A program made the position numbers and the translations under genes. Under the pieces are notes generated by a model that made no database searches, had not been told where the DNA came from, and was given only the letters and a program-made list of their open reading frames with translations. A stretch of DNA of 19,854 bases from Bacteriovoracaceae bacterium (GTDB lineage Bacteria > Bdellovibrionota > Bacteriovoracia > Bacteriovoracales > Bacteriovoracaceae): NCBI GenBank assembly GCA_041586955.1, contig JBFGZE010000065.1:1-19854 (forward strand). The letters are read 5' to 3'. Shown piece by piece: positions 1 through 8,441 of the stretch (position 1 is the first letter of the stretch; each line of letters starts with the position of its first letter).

Positions 1-737
1 AAGCGGTCGACTGATTTAGTCGTGCGCATATGGAAGATATTCCATTCACGGTTAAGTGACTCTAATTGATTGAGAAGATAAGAGGGGCTGCGCTCACCTT
101 TAATAATTTTTTTTACAGGGTTGATAAATCCTAAAAAAACTAATTCAAATGCTTTTTGATGTTTATAGGGAAGCAGCAAAGGGAAGGCCAATTGTTCGTC
201 AAAAATAAAACTATTGATGTCTTGAATCAATTGATCTGTTTGATGTTTTTTGGCCAAGGGGCCGCCATAATAAATTTCGATTAATTCCAATTGGTGAACT
301 AATCCGCCCCATACTAAATAGGAGCGGCGGAAATGGGGCAGGGCCCTCAGGCTATAATCTATATAGGGAGCATCAAATGAGGATTGATTAAGAACATCCT
401 GGAAGCTGTTTTCGATTTGACGGGCCTTTTTAATAAAGACTGATAATTGCTTAAAGCATTGTTCTTTAGGCCGGTAACAGTCATTATCCCATTTAATTAA
501 TTGGCCTTTAAGAGAGTTAATCTCCTCTAAAGCGTAGAACCAATACTTATAACCTGGATGTAATTTTTGTAGAAGGTTTTTAAATTGGAAATCCAGGGAG
601 TTTAATTGAGGTAAAACATAGGCCCGATAATTTCTGGGCCTTAGTTTTAATTTTTTATTATGGTAATGGTAATAAACTGTCTGCCCATTCACCTGCAGGC
701 TTAAGAAAAAAACAATGAAGGCAAATAAACGGGTCAT
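1..737 (-). CDS. Exported hypothetical protein, 3'-truncated by window edge (>=245 aa)
   Basis: Absent from the ORF track. Hand translation from ATG at 737 gives MTRLFAFIVFFLSLQVNGQTVYYHYHNKKLKLRPRNYRAYVLPQL... open to position 1. Signal-peptide-like N-terminus, AGGGA upstream, starts 22 nt after the ileS stop. Confidence 0.8.
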   Translation of the reverse strand, partial: MTRLFAFIVFFLSLQVNGQTVYYHYHNKKLKLRPRNYRAYVLPQLNSLDFQFKNLLQKLHPGYKYWFYALEEINSLKGQLIKWDNDCYRPKEQCFKQLSVFIKKARQIENSFQDVLNQSSFDAPYIDYSLRALPHFRRSYLVWGGLVHQLELIEIYYGGPLAKKHQTDQLIQDINSFIFDEQLAFPLLLPYKHQKAFELVFLGFINPVKKIIKGERSPSYLLNQLESLNREWNIFHMRTTKSVDR

Positions 738-759
738 AGATCGTCCCTGATCAATATTG

Positions 760-3700
760 TCAAGCTTTTGTAATGCTAATACTTAATTGACCATTTTCAA
801 TTTTATAATCAATACCATCAGTAAGGGGATTTTCCAGCGAGAGGTTAATGGCCAAGGTCTCACTTTTTATATAATCCTCGTGGGTGGTGATTGCATTTTT
901 CAATTCATCACTGGCCTGGTAGGCGATAGAGATGCGGTCCTCTACGTTAAAGTCCAATTCCTTACGGGTTTTTTGGATGCGATTAACGATCTCACGGGCC
1001 AGGCCTTCGGTGATTAACTCAGGAGTTAATTGGCAATCAATATCGATAGAGATGAAGCGATTAGAAAGGGCCTCTGTGCCTTCTTTTGCCTCTCTAAAGA
1101 TGAGAAGATCACCCTCACCAAATGTTTGGCCATCAAGAATGAGGGAACCTTTGTCTTCATAATCTTCTAATTGAGCTGCGCTTAGCTCTTCAATTTTCTT
1201 TCTAAAAGCGCCAAAACTCTTGCCTAGGCGTTTACCTAGAATTGGTGAATTTGGTTTAGCATAAAGACTGATAAAGTCACCTTCTTCAGTGGAGTATTCA
1301 ATATTTTTAATATTGAGTTCACCCTGGATATAGCCCTCTAATTTTTTAATTTCGTTAAGAAGATTTTGATCTTTGTGAACAATCGTTAGACGACTAAGAG
1401 GTGTCTTCGTTTTTATCTGCACTTGATTTCTCTTTTGGCGACCAAGGAGAATAATCTGCTGCATACGATTAACCGCTTCTTCTAACGTGACGTTAATTTT
1501 ATCTTCTTGTGCTAGCGGGTAAGAACATAAATGGACCGAGGCCGGTTCTTGGGCCTGGTCGGGATTAAACGCCAGTAACTCGCGATAAACATGCTCGGAA
1601 AGAAAGGGTGAGAATGGTGCCATGGCGGTACTCAATTCTTTAATGCAGGTGTAAAGCGTTGTATATGCCGCACATTTTTCGTCATTAAGGCCATCACTCC
1701 AAAAGCGATTTCGATTGAGGCGGATATACCAATTGGTTAGGTCTTCAATAAAATTGAAAAGTGCCGGAACCACATTATAGAGGCGATAAGCTTCCATTTC
1801 TCTAGAAATTGTTTTTTTAAGTGTTTGTAGATTGGACAGCACCCAATGGTCCATAATATTGGTACCATCATGCTGGTGTTCCTTAATGTTCCAACCGTCC
1901 ACTTGAGCGTAGGTTTGGAAAAATTTAAAGGAATTATACCAAGGGAGAAGGGCGCGGCGAACCATATCCTTAACTCCGGTGTCGGAAAAACGCTGTTCTT
2001 CTGCTTTCACGAGGCCTGAATTGATGAGGTATAAACGAAGGGCATCGGCCCCATATTCCTCCATCAGATCATCTGGTGGCGTATAATTTTTAAGACGCTT
2101 ACTCATTTTTTTACCGTCTTCCGCCATTACGATGCCATTAACGATAACGTTTTTAAAAGCGGGTTTATCAAACAAGGCGGTTGCCAAAATCGTAAGGGTA
2201 TAAAACCAGCCACGAGTTTGATCAAGGCCTTCGGCAATAAACTCGGCGGGGAAACCTTCTTTGAAGATTTCTTTATTTTCAAAGGGGTAATGGAGTTGGG
2301 CATAAGGCATAGAACCAGATTCAAACCAACAATCTAAAACCTCTGTGATACGCTTATAGGTCCCCTCTTCCCCTTCTATCGTGAAATCGAGTTCATCAAC
2401 ATTTTCACGGTGAAGGTCATCAACCTCAACGCCAGTATATTTTTTGAGCTCTTCAATTGAGCCGATACAAATGAAATTATCAGTGGTTTCATTTTTCCAA
2501 ATAGGAAGGGGTGTTCCCCAAACTCTATTGCGAGAAATTGACCAATCGCGGGCACCTTCTAACCATTTACCAAAACGCCCGTGTTGAATATGACCTGGAA
2601 CCCAATTGATTTGCTCATTACTTTTAAGAAGGCGCGCTTTGATTTCCTCAACCCGGACATACCAGCTGGGAATGGCCTTATAGATGAGAGGTGTATCTGA
2701 TCGGTAGCAGAAGGGATAGGAGTGGACAATCACTGATTGGTCAAACACTTTATTTTCTTCTTTTAATTTTTTAATAAGGCCTTTGTCAGCATCTTTTACA
2801 TATTGACCAGCAAAGTCACTGATGGCGGCGGTAAAATTGCCATGCTCATCAATTGGGCAAACCATGACTTCTCCGAGGCCGGCCTCTTTCATTACGCGAT
2901 TATCATCCTCACCAAAAGCGGGTGCGATATGAACGATACCAGTACCAGCATCAGTGGTGACATAATCATCATTGTGAACGGTAAAGGCACCATCTTTTTT
3001 AAGATCTTTAAAATAGGGGAAGAGGGGTTCGTAACGAAGACCTTTTAGATCAGATCCCTTTAACTCCTCAACGACTGTGAGGTTCCTTTTTTTGCTAAAA
3101 TTTGCGACGAGGTCTTTCGCCATATAGAGAAATATTCCCTGGTCTTCATCTTTTAGTTTAACGTAATCGATTTTAGCGCCAGCGCAGAGACCAAGATTGG
3201 AGGGAAGAGTCCAAGGTGTTGTGGTCCAGGCCGTTAGGTAGGTATCTTTTTGATCGTCAACCTTGAAGAGAACAGTCAAAGCGGGGTCTTGAACGTCTTG
3301 ATAATTTTGACCGGCTTCAAAGTTAGAGAGCACAGTTCCAAGAGCGGTGGAGAAAGGAACAACACGAGTTCCTTGGTAAATGAGATTTTTATCCCATAAT
3401 TCTTTAAACACCCACCAAGTAGATTCCATGAAAGAAGTGTCCATGGTTTTATAATCATTATCAAAATCGACCCAACGGCCGATGCGGTTAATGGTTTTTC
3501 GCCACTCATTAGTAAATCGCTGAACAATGCCACGGCATTCGTCGTTATAGCCCTTTACTCCTAATTCTTTAACCGCGTTTTGAGCGGACATGCCCAATTT
3601 TTTATCAATTTCATGTTCTACAGGGAGTCCATGGCAATCCCAGCCAAAGCGGCGTGAAACATAACGGCCATTCATGGTGAAATAACGGGGAATTGCATCT

Positions 3701-3915
3701 TTAAGAATAGAGCCAACGAGGTGGCCGTGGTGAGGAAGGCCAGTGGCAAAGGGTGGCCCATCATAAAAAATATAGGGTTTTTTCTCTTTGGTTTGCTCAA
3801 GAGATTGTTGAAAAATATTTTCTTTTTCCCAGAACTTGAGGATCTCATGTTCACATTGGACAAAAGAAAAAGCAGTCGGTTGATTAGTTGCGTTATCTGA
3901 ATTCGACTTAGTCAC
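760..3915 (-). CDS. ileS: Isoleucine--tRNA ligase, type 2 (eukaryote/archaea-like IleRS2)
   Basis: Motifs DGPPFATGLPHHGH (HIGH), GWDCHGLPVE, WTTTPWTLPSN and GTGIVHIAPAFGEDD (editing domain), DWSISRNRVWGTPLP, EGLDQTRGWF, KMSKRLKNY. 1051 aa, C-terminal EGLAREIVNRIQ..RK domain, no C-terminal Zn-finger cysteines. GTG start with GGAG RBS. Confidence 0.98.
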   Translation of the reverse strand: MTKSNSDNATNQPTAFSFVQCEHEILKFWEKENIFQQSLEQTKEKKPYIFYDGPPFATGLPHHGHLVGSILKDAIPRYFTMNGRYVSRRFGWDCHGLPVEHEIDKKLGMSAQNAVKELGVKGYNDECRGIVQRFTNEWRKTINRIGRWVDFDNDYKTMDTSFMESTWWVFKELWDKNLIYQGTRVVPFSTALGTVLSNFEAGQNYQDVQDPALTVLFKVDDQKDTYLTAWTTTPWTLPSNLGLCAGAKIDYVKLKDEDQGIFLYMAKDLVANFSKKRNLTVVEELKGSDLKGLRYEPLFPYFKDLKKDGAFTVHNDDYVTTDAGTGIVHIAPAFGEDDNRVMKEAGLGEVMVCPIDEHGNFTAAISDFAGQYVKDADKGLIKKLKEENKVFDQSVIVHSYPFCYRSDTPLIYKAIPSWYVRVEEIKARLLKSNEQINWVPGHIQHGRFGKWLEGARDWSISRNRVWGTPLPIWKNETTDNFICIGSIEELKKYTGVEVDDLHRENVDELDFTIEGEEGTYKRITEVLDCWFESGSMPYAQLHYPFENKEIFKEGFPAEFIAEGLDQTRGWFYTLTILATALFDKPAFKNVIVNGIVMAEDGKKMSKRLKNYTPPDDLMEEYGADALRLYLINSGLVKAEEQRFSDTGVKDMVRRALLPWYNSFKFFQTYAQVDGWNIKEHQHDGTNIMDHWVLSNLQTLKKTISREMEAYRLYNVVPALFNFIEDLTNWYIRLNRNRFWSDGLNDEKCAAYTTLYTCIKELSTAMAPFSPFLSEHVYRELLAFNPDQAQEPASVHLCSYPLAQEDKINVTLEEAVNRMQQIILLGRQKRNQVQIKTKTPLSRLTIVHKDQNLLNEIKKLEGYIQGELNIKNIEYSTEEGDFISLYAKPNSPILGKRLGKSFGAFRKKIEELSAAQLEDYEDKGSLILDGQTFGEGDLLIFREAKEGTEALSNRFISIDIDCQLTPELITEGLAREIVNRIQKTRKELDFNVEDRISIAYQASDELKNAITTHEDYIKSETLAINLSLENPLTDGIDYKIENGQLSISITKA

Positions 3916-3953
3916 CTAGATTTCTCCACCGTTGGTCATGTTTTAAGCTTTAA

Positions 3954-3962
3954 AATATAACA
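3954..3962 (-). promoter_or_regulatory. Putative sigma70 extended -10 (TGtTATATT) for ileS
   Basis: Minus strand reads TG-T-TATATT about 40 nt upstream of the ileS GTG; the -35 is weak. Confidence 0.35.
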
Positions 3963-4076
3963 AGAACGATAAAAATTGAATAGCTATGGGAAGCATTATT
4001 CGGGCGATTCCATCGGCTTTTTTCCCCATAAAACAGAAAATTTTTCTCCCTTGGGCCTATTTTGCACCCTCGGCGC

Positions 4077-4102
4077 TAAATTTAAGTGATTCACCCGAAA
4101 AG
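4077..4102 (+). promoter_or_regulatory. Putative sigma28 (FliA)-like promoter
   Basis: TAAA-N13-CCCGAAAAG, then 6 nt to ATG 4109, with no Shine-Dalgarno. Consensus is TAAA-N15-GCCGATAA, so the spacer is short. Confidence 0.4.
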
Positions 4103-4108
4103 ATGAGT

Positions 4109-5503
4109 ATGAAATGCTTAATTATATTTATTTTCGCCTGCCTTTTCGTGGCACCAGATATGCCTGCGGAGGGGAGGATCTTTAGAGACCAAAAGGCGTC
4201 CCTTATTCAATGGGACGATTGGCAGCCGCGCGATTGGGTCAGCTTTTGGGCGTGGCGAAAGGACCTAGAAAAGCGGGAGGCAAGCCCTAATTGGGAGAAA
4301 AATAGGCGTGAAAGTTCTTTACGGGAGGCCATGGGGCGGATGATTGCCTGTGTTGGGGAATGCCGTTTGGTGCGTGGTCTAGGTTATGTCGGCGGTCAAT
4401 ATCTTTCATCGATTAAAGAGGGTGATGAGCTCTTAACTTTTGAAGATAGTTATGCCTGGGTTTATATGTTCGATGGCACTCTTATTCGCATCGCACCCCA
4501 TAGTTCGATTTCTTTTAAAGAAATTAATTTAGGGGTTAAAGAGACATTTTTACACGCTCGTTTAAACCAAGGGAATATTTTTTGGTATTCACGCCCGAAG
4601 AATTCCTTACTCGAGGATAATAAGCGGCAAACGGATGGCCTTTTTATGACTCTTGAGGAGGAGCGTGCGAATATTACTCTCGATCCTGTTAAACTCAACG
4701 AAAAAGATCTATTAGCATCCTTGGAGCAACCACCTTATTTTTTGCGATTGGATAAACGCCTAAATAAATTAATCCGCCAGAATAACCGTTATTTTAATTT
4801 CAAACCCACTATCTCTTATTTAGTCATGCCCAATGGGACAGTTCAGGGTAAAAATATGAACGCTGAGTTTATCGTTCAGCCTGGCAAAGAAAGTTATATT
4901 AAGCAACGAACTCACGAGCAATTGCGGCTCAAAGGTGAAGGAAGTAATCATGCTTTGACATTTCATTACCGCGGTTATGAGAATAAAAAAAAATTTAAGG
5001 TCGAAGCCGGCACTTGGTATGAAGTGGATGCTAGTGGCAGGGATATTCATTCCTATAACGGGGAACTCAATTTTAAGATTGGGGAGTTTGTGACTCGGAA
5101 AATTCCCTCCATTCTTATTGTGCGTGAAATTTGGTTACGAAAGTATTCTGAATTCATTCATAGCAATGTTGAAGACTCCCGCTTAGCGACTCAATATGGC
5201 TACCGCCGTTGGGGCCAGGCGCTTGAACCATCCGATGATTTTTATAAGAGAATTGAATTTTTAAATGACTATACTCGTCGCACGGAGACCACTAATTTAG
5301 TGATGTCCAGACGCTATCGGGATAAGTTAAGGAAAAGAGGCGAGAAAGTTCCAGGTAAGAGTTTTGGCAGTCATTATTATTCTAAGGCGATGCATGCCTA
5401 TTATATTTACAAATCTCCAGAAAGGCAGTTAGAGTCAGGAAAATATATTCTCAATAGTACCCTGAACCCATTTTGGAGAAAGATTCGTGCCAAGTCCCAT
5501 TAA
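4109..5503 (+). CDS. Exported protein with FecR-like domain
   Basis: ORF track starts at 3986, but the signal peptide MKCLIIFIFACLFVAPDMPA favours 4109 (or 4103). The segment IKEGDELLTFEDSYAWVYMFDGTLIRIAPHSSISF...ARLNQGNIF fits the FecR pattern (GD.l.T...s.a.l...DGt.i.l...S). Confidence 0.7.
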   Translation: MKCLIIFIFACLFVAPDMPAEGRIFRDQKASLIQWDDWQPRDWVSFWAWRKDLEKREASPNWEKNRRESSLREAMGRMIACVGECRLVRGLGYVGGQYLSSIKEGDELLTFEDSYAWVYMFDGTLIRIAPHSSISFKEINLGVKETFLHARLNQGNIFWYSRPKNSLLEDNKRQTDGLFMTLEEERANITLDPVKLNEKDLLASLEQPPYFLRLDKRLNKLIRQNNRYFNFKPTISYLVMPNGTVQGKNMNAEFIVQPGKESYIKQRTHEQLRLKGEGSNHALTFHYRGYENKKKFKVEAGTWYEVDASGRDIHSYNGELNFKIGEFVTRKIPSILIVREIWLRKYSEFIHSNVEDSRLATQYGYRRWGQALEPSDDFYKRIEFLNDYTRRTETTNLVMSRRYRDKLRKRGEKVPGKSFGSHYYSKAMHAYYIYKSPERQLESGKYILNSTLNPFWRKIRAKSH

Positions 5504-6152
5504 ATACCAATTGATACTCGCTAGCCAAAGCCCTCGTCGTAAAGAACTTTTAGGATGGTTGGATATTCCCTTTGAAATTCTTCCCTCTCAAATTGATGAA
5601 AAATCTGATCAGGAAGACCCGACACTTTTGGCCGAAGATATTGCCCGGGATAAGGGGCGCGATGTTTGGGAGCAATTGCAGAAAAAAGAGATTAAGGATC
5701 AAAACCTCTCACCTTTTATTGTATCCAGTGATACCATTGTGGTTAAAGGCCAGAAAGTTTATGGCAAGCCGACAGATCCCCAGGATGCCAAACGTATTTT
5801 AAAAGAATTAGAAAATTCTCAGCATGAAGTCATCACAGCGGTTTATTTATGTTTCTTTGACCACCAAAGTCATCAGTTGGTAGAGCGAGTTTTTTCTGAA
5901 AAAACTAAAGTCACATTTGGTGCGATTGATGATGATATTCTTGATTTTTATATAAAGAGTAAAGAGCCTCTGGATAAGGCGGGCGCCTATGGCATTCAGG
6001 GTAAGGGCCTATGTTTTATCCAATCAGTTGAGGGCTCTTATTCTAATGTTGTGGGCTTCCCTTTATCGCGTTTCCATGGCGAATTGAAGGCCATTCTCGG
6101 TTCAAAAGATGACACTGAAGGTGAGTGGCGATCTTATTTTCATGGAGCATGA
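5487..6152 (+). CDS. maf: Maf family nucleoside triphosphate pyrophosphatase (YhdE-like, dTTP/UTP)
   Basis: Motifs LILASQSPRRKELL, SSDTIV, GKP, EPLDKAGAYGIQG, GSYSNVVGFP. GTG start with GGAG upstream, overlapping the previous gene. Confidence 0.95.
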   Translation: MPSPIKYQLILASQSPRRKELLGWLDIPFEILPSQIDEKSDQEDPTLLAEDIARDKGRDVWEQLQKKEIKDQNLSPFIVSSDTIVVKGQKVYGKPTDPQDAKRILKELENSQHEVITAVYLCFFDHQSHQLVERVFSEKTKVTFGAIDDDILDFYIKSKEPLDKAGAYGIQGKGLCFIQSVEGSYSNVVGFPLSRFHGELKAILGSKDDTEGEWRSYFHGA

Positions 6153-6507
6153 ATTAGTTCAGGCTCTCAAAGAAAAGGGAATCAATCTTAAATTGGTCCA
6201 GGCATCAGCAGAAGAATTGCTGGTAGAAATCACAGTGCTTGCCAAACCTGGCGCCAAATTAGAAAAGATTAAAGTTGATGAATATGGGCAGGTGAATTGT
6301 TTTGTGAATGCTAAGGCCTTGGGCGGTAAGGCGAATAAAAGTATTCTCAAATTATTGGCCAAAAAGTTGGGAACATCACCCTCGCGTCTAGAAATTTTAG
6401 GTGGTGATAAATCGAAGCTAAAACGGGTTTTAATTGCTTTTTTCTTTGCTGAACACCGTCCAATCTCCTATTATTTAGAGATTCTTGAACAATGGAGTGA
6501 AGCATGA
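6142..6507 (+). CDS. DUF167 / YggU (UPF0235) family protein
   Basis: VLAKPGAK...VNAKALGGKANKSILKLLAKKLG...LEILGGDKSKLKRVLI matches the DUF167 pattern. Start placed at ATG 6142, overlapping the maf end (track gives 6109). Confidence 0.85.
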   Translation: MEHELVQALKEKGINLKLVQASAEELLVEITVLAKPGAKLEKIKVDEYGQVNCFVNAKALGGKANKSILKLLAKKLGTSPSRLEILGGDKSKLKRVLIAFFFAEHRPISYYLEILEQWSEA

Positions 6508-6938
6508 AAAAACTAAGTTTCCTCGTTTTAATCTTCGCTATGGCCGGCCTATTCGCCGCTGGGCCAGAAGTATTATTAATTCAAAAAATGAAGGTGTTAA
6601 AAGAGCGTCCTTTTGCAGAATGGCAAAAAGACCAGGCCGACTTAATGCTGGAGATCAATAATTTTTTTGAAAAGCGCAAGCAATTATGTCGAGGGAAGTT
6701 TTCTGCAGAGCTTTTACAGGGAAAGGATAAGCTGTCAGTGACCAATAGACCCAAGGCCAATAAGCTTACTTGGTCAGAGCAAAAGGCCTGTCTCCATAAA
6801 GTAAAAGTGATTCATAAGGATTATATTCGTTTACTTTTCGCCAAGCGGAAGCAATTTCTAGAAAAAAACATGTCTCAAGCGATCGCTGAGCTCGCTAAAC
6901 AAAAACAATTGGCACTCAAAGAAGCCGATAATTTTTGA
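6504..6938 (+). CDS. Secreted alpha-helical hypothetical protein
   Basis: Signal peptide MKKLSFLVLIFAMAGLFA, GGAG RBS, ATGA overlap with the upstream stop, two Cys, K/Q/E-rich helical pattern. Confidence 0.8.
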   Translation: MKKLSFLVLIFAMAGLFAAGPEVLLIQKMKVLKERPFAEWQKDQADLMLEINNFFEKRKQLCRGKFSAELLQGKDKLSVTNRPKANKLTWSEQKACLHKVKVIHKDYIRLLFAKRKQFLEKNMSQAIAELAKQKQLALKEADNF

Positions 6939-6941
6939 CAC

Positions 6942-7130
6942 CTATTTTAAAACTTTCGTCAAACGCTGAGCTGTATTCGCGATTTTTGGCCTTAGGCTTC
7001 TCGCGCCAGCATAAGAACGTCTTGGCCTTAAGCTTTTTAACTCATTTAGCTCATTGGCCTTTGAGGCCTTGGCTGCGAGGGAGCTTGGTAGAATAGGTAA
7101 AACTTTAGTCTTCAAATCTGTAGATTTCAT
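6942..7130 (-). CDS. Small highly basic hypothetical protein (62 aa)
   Basis: Strong RBS (AGGAGacgaaccATG) places the start at 7130. MKSTDLKTKVLP...QRLTKVLK has 15 K/R versus 3 D/E. It fills an otherwise empty gap and its stop lies 3 nt from the convergent gene's stop. Confidence 0.6.
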   Translation of the reverse strand: MKSTDLKTKVLPILPSSLAAKASKANELNELKSLRPRRSYAGARSLRPKIANTAQRLTKVLK

Positions 7131-7265
7131 GGTTCGTCTCCTAAATTTAGGGCCCAAGTCGTATAAGCACCTTTTAATAAATCAGGATCGAACCTTCAAA
7201 GGTGGGATATAGTCAGAGTGCCTTTAAAAATGTTCTCAATAGAGTCTCCTTAAGGGTTAAAAACA

Positions 7266-7292
7266 CTATCGGCAATTTGCTAAGTATTATGA
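7266..7292 (-). promoter_or_regulatory. Putative sigma28 promoter for the 62-aa ORF
   Basis: Minus strand TCAT-N15-GCCGATAG: near-consensus -10 with canonical spacing, intergenic. Confidence 0.55.
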
Positions 7293-7307
7293 CCAGTATA
7301 ACTGGTC
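7291..7307. promoter_or_regulatory. Perfect inverted repeat, candidate operator
   Basis: GACCAGT-ATA-ACTGGTC in the divergent intergenic region. Confidence 0.45.
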
Positions 7308-7450
7308 CTTCAACATAACATAGATACGCAAAAATGTCATGGAGCGCGATTGGCAAGGATTTCCCGCCTATTTTTTTTTGTAAATAGTTGAAATCTAGGG
7401 CAACCTTATAATATTAACTTAATAATAGAATTCCTGCGTCGAGGTTTTAA

Positions 7451-8425
7451 ATGATATTGGGAAAAACCAAATATTTTTGTTTAATATTCCTATTCTTATT
7501 TTTAAATAGTTGCAGTCTACAAAAAATGGCCCTGGGAACCATGTCGCCAATGTTTTATAACGCTACAGCAGATATGCAAGGTGAAGGTAATTGGGAAAAT
7601 TTTAAAAGTGGGACGTTGGCCAACTTGAAGCTGATAGAGGGGCTTTTAAGTCTTAAACCTAAAGATGAGCACCTTTTAATCAATCTTGTGAAAGGTTATA
7701 CCGGATACGCCTATGGTGTGAATGAAACACTTTTCTTGAAAGATCGTTACGCTGAAAATGATAAGAAGTTTCAATTGAATCAGGCCCTCGCCAATTATGC
7801 CAAGGCGATTGAGTTTGGTGAACGCTTTTTGGCGATCAATGGGCTAAGTCTCGACCAATTAGTGCAATCAATGAAGGGCCAAGGTCCAACTCCGCTTTTA
7901 GAGAAGGCGATGGATAAAAGTCAATTGCATTTTGAGGGGGTTATATTCCTGGCACAGGCCCTCGGCGGTTATATTAATCTCCAGCGCAATAAAATGGACC
8001 TCGTGGCCCGCTTGCCAGTGGTTAAAGGGATGTTTGACTGGGTTTGTGGCCATCAACCTAATATCAATGCTGGGACTTGTATGATTTTTTATGGTTCCTA
8101 TTCTGCTGGGCGCCCCAAAATGTTAGGAGGCAATCCTGAAGAGGGCAGGCGTATTTTTGAAAAGGCGATTAAGACTTTTCCTCATAATTGGCTAATTCGC
8201 TCCGCCTATATTGAAAATTATATTATTCCCATGTCAGATGAAGAGCTTTATAAAAAGCATAAGAAATTTCTGGTGAAGTCAGGACGTTTGCTCAGGCAGC
8301 AATTGAAATTTCGCCCAGGTAAGGCCCAGAATAACGCCTTTAATGAAAAATCCATTCGTCTCTTCCAGGCAATTGCCGTTAAGCGAGCGGAAATAATTAA
8401 AAAATATGAATCAGATTTATTTTAA
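7451..8425 (+). CDS. TRAP transporter T-component (TatT family) lipoprotein
   Basis: Lipobox FLNS-C. Pattern NLKLIEGLL...P....L...L..GY.GYAYG, YSAGRPKMLGGNPEEGRRIFEKAI typical of TatT. First gene before dctPQM. GAGG RBS. Confidence 0.85.
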   Translation: MILGKTKYFCLIFLFLFLNSCSLQKMALGTMSPMFYNATADMQGEGNWENFKSGTLANLKLIEGLLSLKPKDEHLLINLVKGYTGYAYGVNETLFLKDRYAENDKKFQLNQALANYAKAIEFGERFLAINGLSLDQLVQSMKGQGPTPLLEKAMDKSQLHFEGVIFLAQALGGYINLQRNKMDLVARLPVVKGMFDWVCGHQPNINAGTCMIFYGSYSAGRPKMLGGNPEEGRRIFEKAIKTFPHNWLIRSAYIENYIIPMSDEELYKKHKKFLVKSGRLLRQQLKFRPGKAQNNAFNEKSIRLFQAIAVKRAEIIKKYESDLF

Positions 8426-8441
8426 TAAAAAAGGGTAGACG

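Noticed and set aside
620..641. Inverted repeat AGGCCC-N10-GGGCCT
   Set aside because: Inside a coding region and expected given the GGCC abundance.
3986..4102. N-terminal extension of the 505-aa ORF
   Set aside because: It precedes a clear signal peptide and occupies the divergent promoter region. The track starts at 6109, 7157, 15229 and 15250 were shortened on similar grounds (RBS position, gene overlap or domain start).
3916..4102. T-box or other riboswitch upstream of ileS
   Set aside because: No T-box consensus or terminator/antiterminator seen, and the predicted leader is too short.
6924..6931. Perfect sigma28 -10 GCCGATAA on the plus strand
   Set aside because: Lies in coding sequence (Ala-Asp-Asn), has no matching -35 and no sense gene directly downstream; an antisense promoter cannot be fully excluded.
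6986..7072. Repeated ttggcctt units as a possible CRISPR or mini-array
   Set aside because: Only 2-3 short degenerate copies with irregular spacing (36 and 32 nt), no cas genes; explained by peptide repeats and the GGCC bias.
7350..7367. TGGCA sigma54-like -24 element upstream of tatT (similar ones at 13760 and 13784)
   Set aside because: None has the required GG-N10-GC spacing.
7388..7412. TTGAAA...TATAAT as a sigma70 promoter for the TPAT operon
   Set aside because: The spacer is only 13 nt. The -10 may be real, but the pair is not supportable.
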